A stretch of DNA of 64,000 nt, taken from the NCBI GenBank assembly GCA_903857865.1, contig CAIOGO010000008.1:12292-76291 (forward strand), read 5' to 3'. The stretch comes from an uncultured bacterium. GTDB lineage: Bacteria > Bipolaricaulota > Bipolaricaulia > UBA7950 > UBA9294. The notes below the pieces were generated by a model, which saw only the letters and a program-made list of their open reading frames with translations, was not told the origin of the DNA and searched no databases. This document shows positions 1 through 8,913 of the stretch, piece after piece (position 1 is the first letter of the stretch; every line of letters begins with the position of its first letter). Position numbers and translations under genes: made by a program.

Positions 1-197
1 ATCGGGACCTCGTGCTCGCGTCGCAACGCTGGCTCGCCGGGCAGAGCGAAAAGACGCTCGAGTTGTGGGGTCGGCAGGACGCCGAGGTTTGGCGGCGGTT
101 CGCGGAGTGGTCGCTCATCCATGGGCTCATGCGCCGCGCCATCGACTCGGACGCCGCGTTCACGAATGCGTTCCTTCCGGGAGGGTCTTCCACGTGA
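1..197 (+). CDS. 3' end of upstream gene, possibly the NMT1/SsuA-like substrate-binding component of the adjacent ABC transporter (partial, runs off window)
   Basis: Open frame from the window edge ending ...AAFTNAFLPGGSST. Its TGA (195-197) overlaps the GTG start of the ATPase gene (GTGA). The family call rests on operon context only. Confidence 0.35.
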   Translation, partial: RDLVLASQRWLAGQSEKTLELWGRQDAEVWRRFAEWSLIHGLMRRAIDSDAAFTNAFLPGGSST

Positions 198-922
198 GCG
201 TCATCTCGGCGTGGCACCTCGCGAAGCGGTTCGGCGATCTCGCCGTCCTCGCCGACGTGAGCCTGGCGGTCGCTCGGCGGGATGTCGTCGGCCTCCTTGG
301 TCCCTCGGGATGCGGGAAGACGACGCTCTTGCGCATCCTGCTGGGTCTCGAGACCTACGACAGCGGCGAACTCTCCGCTCCTCCCCTGCATCGCGCCGGT
401 TATCTGCCTCAGGACGCGCTCCTGTTGCCTTGGAAGACGGTCCTCGGCAACGCCGAGCTTCCCCTGCAGATCCAGGGAGTCCCCGCGGCGGAGCGGCGAA
501 GGCGCGTTCGCGACGCACTGCCCGACTTCGGGCTCGAGGAGTTCGCGAGTCTGTACCCGCATGAAATGTCGGGCGGCATGAGGCAGCGGGCCGCCCTCCT
601 GCGTGCTGTCCTCACGGGCAGCGAAGTGCTTGTGCTGGACGAGCCGTTCGGGGCGCTGGACACGCTCACTCGCCACCGACTTCAGGACTGGCTTGCGGAT
701 CTCACGGAACGGCTCGATCGGACGGTCCTGTTCGTGACGCACGATCTGGAGGAGGCCGTTGTGCTCTCCCATCGGGTGGTTGCTCTCTCGGCGCGCCCAG
801 CCGTGGTCCTGGGCGAGGAGTCGGTGGATCTCACGCTTGCCGCGAGGCGCGAGCGACTCGGGCGGGAGTTCCTTGCCGCCCGAGACCGGCTGCTCGCGCT
901 CCTCGAGAGGGCGGATGCGTGA
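194..922 (+). CDS. ABC transporter ATP-binding protein (NitT/TauT, SsuB-like family)
   Basis: Walker A GPSGCGKTT, signature MSGGMRQR, Walker B VLVLDEPFGALD. GTG start at 194 overlaps the upstream stop. Confidence 0.85.
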   Translation: MSVISAWHLAKRFGDLAVLADVSLAVARRDVVGLLGPSGCGKTTLLRILLGLETYDSGELSAPPLHRAGYLPQDALLLPWKTVLGNAELPLQIQGVPAAERRRRVRDALPDFGLEEFASLYPHEMSGGMRQRAALLRAVLTGSEVLVLDEPFGALDTLTRHRLQDWLADLTERLDRTVLFVTHDLEEAVVLSHRVVALSARPAVVLGEESVDLTLAARRERLGREFLAARDRLLALLERADA

Positions 923-1581
923 CGGGAACGAACCCGTTTGAGACGCTGGCCGGCGCGTACGACGCGTGGTTCGACGCGCACCCCCAGGTCTTCGAATCGG
1001 AACTCGAGGCAGTCCGCGCTGTCCTTCCCGAGAGGACGGGCGCGTGGGTTGAGATCGGAGTGGGGACGGGACGCTTCGCGTCGCGTCTAGGAATCGAGAC
1101 GGGGATTGAGCCTGCAGCCTCCATGGGCGCACTCGCACGCCAGCGAGGCGTTCGCGTTCTCGAGGGCACGGCCGAGGATGTTCCTCTTGAAGGCTCGAGC
1201 GTGCAGGCCGCGTTCCTCATCACAACTCTGTGCTTTGTCCGCGACGTCGGCCGGACGTTCTCCGAGATTCGCCGCATCCTCGTGCAGGGCGGCGTGGTCG
1301 TGGTTGCCTTCTTGCCGCGCGGGAGCACCCTCGGCCGCAGGATTCTAGAGGACGGCGGGGGCGACCCGTTCTTTCGTGAGGCCCGTCTCCTCTCCACGGT
1401 CGAGGTTCTCGCCGCGATGGCGCGCGCCGGCCTTCGCGTCGAGCGGATCGTACAGACCGTAACGGATCCTTCCGGTGTGGAGAGGGTCGAGGCGCCATCC
1501 GCCGGGTTCGACCGCGGATCTTTCGTCGTGATCCGCGGCTCCGTGCCGACGAGACGTACGAAGGAGTCCACGCAATCTTGA
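919..1581 (+). CDS. class I SAM-dependent methyltransferase
   Basis: SAM-binding motif VEIGVGTGRF and acidic loop. GTG start in a GTGA overlap with the preceding stop. Confidence 0.7.
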   Translation: MTGTNPFETLAGAYDAWFDAHPQVFESELEAVRAVLPERTGAWVEIGVGTGRFASRLGIETGIEPAASMGALARQRGVRVLEGTAEDVPLEGSSVQAAFLITTLCFVRDVGRTFSEIRRILVQGGVVVVAFLPRGSTLGRRILEDGGGDPFFREARLLSTVEVLAAMARAGLRVERIVQTVTDPSGVERVEAPSAGFDRGSFVVIRGSVPTRRTKESTQS

Positions 1582-1614
1582 CAGGAGGAACCCGTCCTTC
1601 GTAGGATCTTTGCC

Positions 1615-2505
1615 ATGAACGGCGAGAAGTACTTTCTGATCGTCAACTTGATCGCCGGACAAGGCCGCTGCAAGGCGGCCTTTCCTAAGGTCAAGGCGGC
1701 TTTCGAGCGGCGGCACATCGCGTACGACCTCCACTACACGAACGAGCCGATGGAGGCCGTCGACGTGGCCAAGATGGGCATCGAGGCGGGCTTCACGCGC
1801 ATCATCGCAATGGGTGGCGACGGAACGGTCAACGAGGTCGCCAACGGGCTCCTCGGCTCGAGCGCCGCGCTCGGCGTCATTCCCGCCGGCACGGGAAATG
1901 ACTTCGGTCGCATGATGGGTATTCCATCCGACCCTGTTGATGCCGTGCGAATGCTGCCGCAGGGCGTCGAGAGGATGATTGACGTCGGGCGTGTTGCCGA
2001 CGGTCGCTACTTCGTGAACGGCCTTGGGATCGGGATCGATGCGCAAGTCGCGCGCGATGTCCTGGCCATGGAGCGGCTGCGGGGCGCGCCGGCCTACATC
2101 TACGCCGCAGTCAAGGAAGTCTTCCGATTTGAGGCGTTTCCCGTGCGGCTCGAGGGCCAAGGGATCGCCGAGGACTTGCGGTGCATCTCCCTCGGCGTCG
2201 CGAACGGCAGGTACTGCGGTGGAGGCTTCATGCTCGCGCCGCGTGCGACGGTAGACGACGGGCTCATCGATGTCGCGGCGATCGGCGACTTCCCGAAGGT
2301 AGAGCGGTTGTTCCGGCTCCCCCAAGCGCGTGCAGGGAAGCACCTCAAGCTGTCGCAGGTTCGCTACGTCCAGGTCCCTCGCATTACCCTCTCGTCGGAG
2401 GCCAAGCTGATCGCCCACATGGATGGGGAACCGTACGAGGTGCCGCGAGGAGCGTTCTCGGTGGGCGTCGTCCCGAAGGCGTTGCGCGTCCTCGTGCCCG
2501 CCTAG
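1615..2505 (+). CDS. diacylglycerol/lipid kinase family protein (YegS/BmrU-like)
   Basis: Motifs IIAMGGDGTVNEVANGL and PAGTGNDF typical of the DAGK catalytic domain. Confidence 0.85.
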   Translation: MNGEKYFLIVNLIAGQGRCKAAFPKVKAAFERRHIAYDLHYTNEPMEAVDVAKMGIEAGFTRIIAMGGDGTVNEVANGLLGSSAALGVIPAGTGNDFGRMMGIPSDPVDAVRMLPQGVERMIDVGRVADGRYFVNGLGIGIDAQVARDVLAMERLRGAPAYIYAAVKEVFRFEAFPVRLEGQGIAEDLRCISLGVANGRYCGGGFMLAPRATVDDGLIDVAAIGDFPKVERLFRLPQARAGKHLKLSQVRYVQVPRITLSSEAKLIAHMDGEPYEVPRGAFSVGVVPKALRVLVPA

Positions 2506-4247
2506 CGTCGCCCGAACTTCCGGTCCAGTTCGCCGCGATCGAGCGCGAACACGATCGGCCGCCCGTGGGGACAGCTGTAGGGGTTCTCCTGGAGCATCAG
2601 TTGATCGACGAGAGCCTGGGACTCCACGAGCGGGACGCGATCTCCCGCCTTGATCGATGCCGCGCAGGCGAGTTCGCGCAGGATGCTCTCGAACAGCGCG
2701 TCCTCGAGGCTCCCTTCGTCCCGCAAGACGTCGACGAGCGCCTCGACCACGGTCTGGAAGCCGCGCGGCGTTTGTTCGTCGGCCAGCATCTGCGGGTACT
2801 CGCGCAGGAGGAACGTCCCGCCGCCGAATTCCTCAAGAACAACGCCAACTTGGGCAAGCTTCGCCAGCCCGGCACCGAGAATCCCCGCCGACTCGAAGGG
2901 CAGCTCGATCCGTGCGGGGAGCAAGAACAGCTGGCGGACGATGCCGGCCCCCTTGGACTCGCGCCGCAGCCGCTCGTAGAGGATCCGCTCGTGCGCGATA
3001 TGTTGATCGACGATTTCCAGTCCCGCGCCGGTCTCGACCAAGAGATACGTATCGTGCAGCTGGCCGATCACGCGGCGCCCGGACGCAAGGCTCACTTTTC
3101 CCGGCTCTCGCGACGCATGGGCGGTGGAAAGAGAGATCGGCAAATCGAGCGACAGCGAGTGCGCTGACGCGAAGTCCCGCAGGATCCTGGGCTCTTGACC
3201 GAGTGGACCTTGAGCGTCGAGGGCGTCGGCCGCGCCGGCGAGCGGAATCCGGCCGATCATGCTCGGAGAGGCGAGCGCCTGCTGCAGCGAGGCGGCGACC
3301 GCGTCCTGCACTTCGCGTGAGTTGGCGAATCGAACCTCCTCTTTTCGAGGGTGGACGTTGACGTCCACTTGTTCTGGCGGGAGATCGACGCAAAGCACAG
3401 CGATGGGAAAGCTGCCGGCGCGGAGGATGCCGCTGTACGCACCAGAGAGGATGTAGCCAAGTCCGCGATCGATAACGGACCGCCCGTTGACGACGAACAA
3501 CTGGTCGCGCCGATTGCCTCTCTTGACGTCGCGGTGACTGATGCACCCCGAGACGTGGATCGCGCCACGTCGGCCATCGAGTGGGATCATGCCTCGGGCC
3601 ACTTCCGCCCCATACACTTGGCCGACACGCTCGAGCAAGGTTCTCACGGGAGGCGCGGTGAACACTTCGCGGCCGTCGTGGAGGAGGGCGAACCCGACCC
3701 GCGGCGACATGAGAGCGAACCGTTGCACCAGGCGGTTGATGTGCAGCGCTTCCGTGCGCGCTGTTCCCATGAACTTGGCCCGCGCGGGCAGATTGAAGAA
3801 AAGATCCCTCACTTCTACGGACGTCCCCGGCCCGCGAGAGTCGTCCTCCGGCTCCGAGGCGCGGCCGGGCAGGAGGGCCAATCCATACGCTTCCTCGTCG
3901 CCTGCCGCGCGGGAGACCAAGCGAACGTGCGCGACGGCGGCGATGCTTGCCAAGGCCTCTCCCCGGAAGCCCAGCGTGCGCAGAGCTCCCAGATCCTCGA
4001 CGCTTCGGATCTTGCTCGTCGCGTGCCGCTCGCCGCACAGCCGCAGATCTGCGACCGTCATTCCGCTGCCATCGTCGCGCACGACGATCTCGGAGAGCCC
4101 GCCGTCGCGGATCTCGATCTCGATTCGCGCACTCCCCGCGTCGATGGCATTCTCGACGAGTTCCTTCACGACGGAGACCGGACGGTCGATGACCTCCCCG
4201 GCGGCGATCTTCTGGCTAAGCTCTTCCGCGAGACGCTGGATCGGCAT
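2502..4247 (-). CDS. mutL: DNA mismatch repair protein MutL
   Basis: N-terminal GHKL ATPase motifs IAAGEVIDRPVSVVKELVENAIDAG and DDGSGM; C-terminal dimerisation region with CPHGRP. Confidence 0.95.
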   Translation of the reverse strand: MPIQRLAEELSQKIAAGEVIDRPVSVVKELVENAIDAGSARIEIEIRDGGLSEIVVRDDGSGMTVADLRLCGERHATSKIRSVEDLGALRTLGFRGEALASIAAVAHVRLVSRAAGDEEAYGLALLPGRASEPEDDSRGPGTSVEVRDLFFNLPARAKFMGTARTEALHINRLVQRFALMSPRVGFALLHDGREVFTAPPVRTLLERVGQVYGAEVARGMIPLDGRRGAIHVSGCISHRDVKRGNRRDQLFVVNGRSVIDRGLGYILSGAYSGILRAGSFPIAVLCVDLPPEQVDVNVHPRKEEVRFANSREVQDAVAASLQQALASPSMIGRIPLAGAADALDAQGPLGQEPRILRDFASAHSLSLDLPISLSTAHASREPGKVSLASGRRVIGQLHDTYLLVETGAGLEIVDQHIAHERILYERLRRESKGAGIVRQLFLLPARIELPFESAGILGAGLAKLAQVGVVLEEFGGGTFLLREYPQMLADEQTPRGFQTVVEALVDVLRDEGSLEDALFESILRELACAASIKAGDRVPLVESQALVDQLMLQENPYSCPHGRPIVFALDRGELDRKFGRR

Positions 4248-4326
4248 GGGGCAAGGCTACCCCATCGCCTCATGCCCAACAATCGGCGCGCTTGGCCGGC
4301 GCCGGCTGTCCGGCTATCGTAGTCTC

Positions 4327-4785
4327 ATGCACACGGTCAGCAGTCTCCGCAAGGCACTCGGCCTGACGACGACGAACCAGGTCCGCAACCGCATCGAGGC
4401 CGTTCGGGACGTTCTCGAGCCCCATCTGAGGCGGGGTCCCAACAATCAGATCCTGCTTTCGGACGACGGTCTCGCCGTGTTGCGCCAGGTGCAGGAATTG
4501 TACGATTCTGGGTTAACGATGACGGAGGCGAGCGACGTCGTACGAGCTACGGCTCTATATCAGCAGCCTCCAGCAACGAAAGTATCGCCCGGTTTGGCGC
4601 AACACCTGACGATGCCGGGCGAAGGCGGAGGCGCCCCTATGCGTATTCTGCAGGATGAGGTTCGCTTCCTGCGCAACCGGCTTGCCGAACTTGAGGGCGG
4701 CCTCGTGCGCTCGGCTTCGCCCGCGTCGGGTCCAGAGGAGACGCTCTGGTGGATGCCCCTGCGGGAGGATCTCGATGGCGCTTAA
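4327..4785 (+). CDS. hypothetical protein, possible HTH/coiled-coil regulator
   Basis: ATG at 4327 inside a longer spurious ORF. The helix-rich 152 aa end in a leucine-rich coiled-coil-like segment, and the stop overlaps the next start. No confident family. Confidence 0.4.
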   Translation: MHTVSSLRKALGLTTTNQVRNRIEAVRDVLEPHLRRGPNNQILLSDDGLAVLRQVQELYDSGLTMTEASDVVRATALYQQPPATKVSPGLAQHLTMPGEGGGAPMRILQDEVRFLRNRLAELEGGLVRSASPASGPEETLWWMPLREDLDGA

Positions 4786-5548
4786 CCTGCCTGTCCGCGG
4801 CAATGCAAAACTCCAGCAGCTCCTCGAACGCATCAATGCGTCCGAGACGCTCCAGGCCTACTGGGAGGCCTCGAACATCACGGCCATCGGCAGACTCCGG
4901 ATCAACGATCACGGTCCGGTCCACATCAAGATCATGACCAACATCGCGCTCAAGCTCCTTCGCCTCCTCGCGGACGCGCAGGTAACGCCGAGCGTCGTCG
5001 CGGACTACGCCCTCGAGCCCGAGGACGCCGAGGTCGTCGTCGTCCTGGCCTCATGTCTTCACGATGTCGGGCACGCCATCCACCGCCGCGATCACGAGGA
5101 ACTCTCCGTGGTCCTCGCCGCGCCGCTCATCGACAACTTTCTCGCCGGCCTGTATGACGAGCGCACGGGGACGCTCATCAAGGCGGAGACGCTTCACGCT
5201 GTCCTGACGCACCAGCGCGACATCCCGCCGCTCACGCTGGAGGCCGGTGTCGTCAAAGTGGCCGACGCGCTCGACATGGAGGCCGGACGCGCACGCATCC
5301 CGTTCACGACCGGTGGACCGACCATCCACTCCGTGTCCGCCATGGCCATCCGGAAAGTCCGCCTCTCGGCCGGCGAGAAGAAACCGATTCGCATCGCCAT
5401 CCAGATGACGAACTCCGCCGGTATCTATCAGCTCGACAATCTGCTTCGCGAGAAGCTGAAGAACTCGACGCTCGCTCCCTACGTCGAGGTGATCGCGGAG
5501 ATCGCCGGCGAAGAAGAGCGCATCGTCGAGCACTACTCGATCGAGTAA
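4775..5548 (+). CDS. HD-domain metal-dependent phosphohydrolase
   Basis: NDHGPVH and CLHDVGHAIHRRDHE motifs (H...HD...D). ATG 4775 is preceded by GGGAGGA. Confidence 0.75.
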   Translation: MALNLPVRGNAKLQQLLERINASETLQAYWEASNITAIGRLRINDHGPVHIKIMTNIALKLLRLLADAQVTPSVVADYALEPEDAEVVVVLASCLHDVGHAIHRRDHEELSVVLAAPLIDNFLAGLYDERTGTLIKAETLHAVLTHQRDIPPLTLEAGVVKVADALDMEAGRARIPFTTGGPTIHSVSAMAIRKVRLSAGEKKPIRIAIQMTNSAGIYQLDNLLREKLKNSTLAPYVEVIAEIAGEEERIVEHYSIE

Positions 5549-5784
5549 GACGGCCCTAGGGTCGCCTCGGGCGGGTGGAGCGGGCCCCGGGAGGGCCGCG
5601 GCGTGATCGCGCGTCGGGGCGCGGGCGGCACTAGGCTCACGAAGTGCCCAACGGGACGGCGTTCTCGTTCGCTTGGATGTCTCTCGCAACAAAAGTGCCC
5701 TTTTGTTGCGACAGCTGTCTCGCGCCTCGAAGCATGCCGACGATACCTTTCTCGCTGGACTCCCCACTCAAGGGAAGGGATCTC

Positions 5785-6402
5785 ATGCCTCTCGAAATCA
5801 CCTACGAGGACTTCCTGACGCCGAACCAGGTTCGCCACCTCAAGGACTACTGCCGACAGCGGGCCGAGGCGTCGGACACCGAGGATCGCTCCCATCCGGT
5901 TCGCGATTGGGCCATCCTTCACGTCGCGCTCGACACAGGGCTGCGCGTGTCGGAAATCTGCGCACTCACATTGCGGGACGTCATCTTGGATGGCGGACAC
6001 CCTTCGCTCATCGTGCGCGACGGCAAGGGCGGGAAGAAGCGTGGCGTGAAGCTGGGGACCGCTCTGCGCGAACACCTCGTCGCGTTCGTCGCGTGGAAGC
6101 AAGCGAAGGGGGAGACGCTTGCGGCCGACGGTCCTCTGTTCGTCTCCTTGCGTGGCGGCGCCTTGACCCGCACCGCCGTCTATCGCATCTTCCGCACCTA
6201 CGCCGATGCCGTCGCGATCCCCAAGAGATTCTCCATTCACTCGTGCCGGCACACGTACGCGTCCATGTTGTACAGGGCGTCGAACTACAACCTCCGGCTC
6301 GTCCAAAAGCAGCTCGGCCACCGATCCATCCAGACCACACAAATCTATGCCGATGTCCTCGACGAGGACGCCGTCGCCGCCGTGGAGAACCTCCCCCAGT
6401 AG
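5785..6402 (+). CDS. tyrosine recombinase/integrase, catalytic domain only (205 aa)
   Basis: Catalytic residues visible: R (GLRVSE), K (GKGGKKR), HxxR (HSCRHT), H (GHRS), Y (TQIYADV). No N-terminal core-binding domain. Confidence 0.8.
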   Translation: MPLEITYEDFLTPNQVRHLKDYCRQRAEASDTEDRSHPVRDWAILHVALDTGLRVSEICALTLRDVILDGGHPSLIVRDGKGGKKRGVKLGTALREHLVAFVAWKQAKGETLAADGPLFVSLRGGALTRTAVYRIFRTYADAVAIPKRFSIHSCRHTYASMLYRASNYNLRLVQKQLGHRSIQTTQIYADVLDEDAVAAVENLPQ

Positions 6403-6538
6403 AGACGGCCCGAGCTTCTCCTCGGCTCCCCACAGGTTCCTCACACCTGGATTTGCATTTCGCGGCACGCACAAAGACAATCGTGACCCCCTCTCGCACG
6501 CGAACCGAGTCACGTCGGATAGATGAAGGGGGTTCGTC

Positions 6539-8230
6539 ATGCGGATGCGGCTGGGACGATGCGGCGCGCTCATCGTGTGCGCGCTTGCGGTCCTTGGCTT
6601 TGCGCCTTGGGCTTCCGCTCAGCCCGAGATCTCGGCGGAGTTCGGCTTCGATCACCAGCTTGTGCGGTACCGTTTCGCCCCCATTCAAGTCACCCTCAGA
6701 GGCCTGCCGGAGCCCATCGTGGGACATCTCGTCGTGCGGCAGTTCGTCGGGCCCGACCCGTCGACGCCGGTTGCGGTCGAACAGGAGATCGCCTCCGGGC
6801 GCATCCAGAATGGAGTGTATCGAAGCACGCTCCCGACCTTCGATCCCATCCTGCCGGTGATTGTCCAATTGATCGACGAGCAGGGAGACCTCGTCGCGTC
6901 GACGTCCGAGAGCGTTCGCCAGTCCGCGCGTGGGCTTCCGTTCGCCGTTGTCGCCGGTGCGCCCTTCCACGTGGATGACACCGAGGCGATTGTGGATCCG
7001 TCAGAGCTTCCCGCGGATTGGTGGGCCTACGACCCGGTGTCGGTGCTGTGGCTGACGTCGCCACTGACCGCCCACGCAGTTTGGCTCGGACTGGGTGCCT
7101 GGGTCTCTGCCGGAGGCTCCTTGGTGCTCTTCTCCGGCTCGGACTTCTACCAGTGGGACAATCCACTCGCGCGCGAACTCCTGCCGTTCACCGATCCTTC
7201 GCTTCGCGATGATGCAGACAGCGCTTCCCTCCTCATCGGCGGGCCACGCGCCGGCGCGCAGGTGCTGCTGACGAAGCAGGACCAACCCTTCCTCGTCCGG
7301 ATCCCCTACGGGGCGGGGTATGTGTCCCTCGTCACGGGACGATTCCGGGACGTTGACGAGATGGATCTTCGCCGCATCGAGCCTCGGATTCCGACGTCCC
7401 GGCGACTCCTATCTGCCGACGCTCTTTCGGAGGACCTGCTCAACGAGACCCCCGTACTGCGGCCGATGTACGCGTTCGCGCCGCTGGTCGTTGTCGCGGT
7501 TCTTGCCGCGCTGCTTGCGACGCGGCGAAGGTCCGTGCGCCGCGCCAGATCAGCGGCCGTTGTCTTCGTCGCCTCGATCGTCGTTGTCGCCGTCGCGTCC
7601 GGTTTGTATCTAAACCGGCTCGGGCAGATGGCGTATACATACACGATAAAGACGACAGTACACGTCGCTACATCATTCGGATGCAGCACGGTATCGTACG
7701 CTTTCTTTTCTCTCGAGCCGACGCAGATGACGATTCCCCAGGAGAAGGGCGCCTTCCCCGCTCAAGCTCAAGAGGTCCCGTCGGCAAAGAGCGTCTTCTC
7801 GATGCGCAGTGAGACTACGTCGACGACGCTCGACGTCCCGGCGCGGATGCGCCGGTTCATCCGGGGCTGCGATACTCGAGGCGCGGGGTTCCGGCTGGCG
7901 GTGAACGACTCGGTCCGATCGATCCGCGTTGAGCCGCTCGAAGAACGGCAGTTGGTGGCCGCTATGGTCTTCTCGGACGGCTATTTCCATCGGTTCCCGC
8001 TGGACCGCGTCGGGGCCATCGTGAGACTGGACGATCTGACTCGGCTCGGCACGTCGGCCATGACGGCGCCGGAGACCGCGATGTACTCGTGCGTGAGCCA
8101 TTGGATGCCTTCCCTCCCGGGCACGTGGCTCCTCACGCTGTCCGAGACGGGCGAGCTGACCCGAAGCATGGAGATTCCGGAAAAAGTGAGAGTCGTTGAC
8201 GTCGACCTTGTCGAGGGGGTGGCTGAGTGA
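6539..8230 (+). CDS. hypothetical secreted/membrane-anchored protein, first gene of the MoxR-vWA operon
   Basis: Signal peptide MRMRLGRCGALIVCALAVLGFAPWASA, two central TM helices, RBS GAAGGGGG upstream. Confidence 0.55.
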   Translation: MRMRLGRCGALIVCALAVLGFAPWASAQPEISAEFGFDHQLVRYRFAPIQVTLRGLPEPIVGHLVVRQFVGPDPSTPVAVEQEIASGRIQNGVYRSTLPTFDPILPVIVQLIDEQGDLVASTSESVRQSARGLPFAVVAGAPFHVDDTEAIVDPSELPADWWAYDPVSVLWLTSPLTAHAVWLGLGAWVSAGGSLVLFSGSDFYQWDNPLARELLPFTDPSLRDDADSASLLIGGPRAGAQVLLTKQDQPFLVRIPYGAGYVSLVTGRFRDVDEMDLRRIEPRIPTSRRLLSADALSEDLLNETPVLRPMYAFAPLVVVAVLAALLATRRRSVRRARSAAVVFVASIVVVAVASGLYLNRLGQMAYTYTIKTTVHVATSFGCSTVSYAFFSLEPTQMTIPQEKGAFPAQAQEVPSAKSVFSMRSETTSTTLDVPARMRRFIRGCDTRGAGFRLAVNDSVRSIRVEPLEERQLVAAMVFSDGYFHRFPLDRVGAIVRLDDLTRLGTSAMTAPETAMYSCVSHWMPSLPGTWLLTLSETGELTRSMEIPEKVRVVDVDLVEGVAE

Positions 8231-8913
8231 GGCTGCATGACATCTTCTTCTCCCGCGGTGGGCTGGCGTCCCTCATTGCATTGGCTGCTGGGTCGGGCGC
8301 TGTCCTCATCCTCTCGATGCCGTGGGCTGGGAGGGTCGCCGACTTCTTTCGTTTTCCGTGGCGTCCGACTCCGCTTGGCTTCCTGATCGCCATGGGGTTC
8401 TTCGCTGCGGTCCACGCAGTGAATCGAGGCGGGACGGTGGAGCTTCTCCCCAGACTGCAACGCCGGCAGCTCCTATCCCTTCCCTTGCAGGTCGTCTTCG
8501 CGCAACTGCTTGTCGTGCCCTACGTCGTCACCTGCATCGTCCTTACGGCCGGGACCCACGTCTCGACGCTGTGGCTGGCTTGGGCGTACACCGCGGTGGT
8601 CGATTTCGCGCTCTCCGCCGCCGCCTTTCACGTCGGCCTCCACAGCGTTCGCCGCGGAGCGGGCGTGTTTTTCCCCCTTTTCGCTGTTGCCGGTGCAGTG
8701 TTCGGGATTCCCCTTGCGGTCGGGCTGGTCTTCGCCCCGCTGCGTCCGGTCGCCCTTCTGTGCCCGCCGTACGCGATCTTCTCCATGATCACGATGGGGC
8801 TCCATGGCGCAGAGCTGTGGTTCGCTTTCCTCGTCCCTGGCGGACTGGGCACGCTGCTCTTCTTGTGGGGAGTACGTCAGACGGCAAGGAGCATTCATGC
8901 ACAACTTTCGTGA
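8227..8913 (+). CDS. hypothetical polytopic membrane protein
   Basis: GTGA start/stop overlap with the upstream gene. About 6 hydrophobic helices. Confidence 0.5.
   Translation: MRLHDIFFSRGGLASLIALAAGSGAVLILSMPWAGRVADFFRFPWRPTPLGFLIAMGFFAAVHAVNRGGTVELLPRLQRRQLLSLPLQVVFAQLLVVPYVVTCIVLTAGTHVSTLWLAWAYTAVVDFALSAAAFHVGLHSVRRGAGVFFPLFAVAGAVFGIPLAVGLVFAPLRPVALLCPPYAIFSMITMGLHGAELWFAFLVPGGLGTLLFLWGVRQTARSIHAQLS

Noticed and set aside
3541-4326. Long ORF 3541-4785 as a single 414-aa gene
   Set aside because: Its first 262 codons lie antisense to mutL and are low complexity. Only the part from ATG 4327 lies in the intergenic/own-gene space.
5785-6402. This recombinase as the integrase of the tRNA-Ala island
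   Set aside because: It lies 40 kb upstream on the other side of many core operons, lacks a DNA-binding arm/core domain, and has no att-like repeat nearby.
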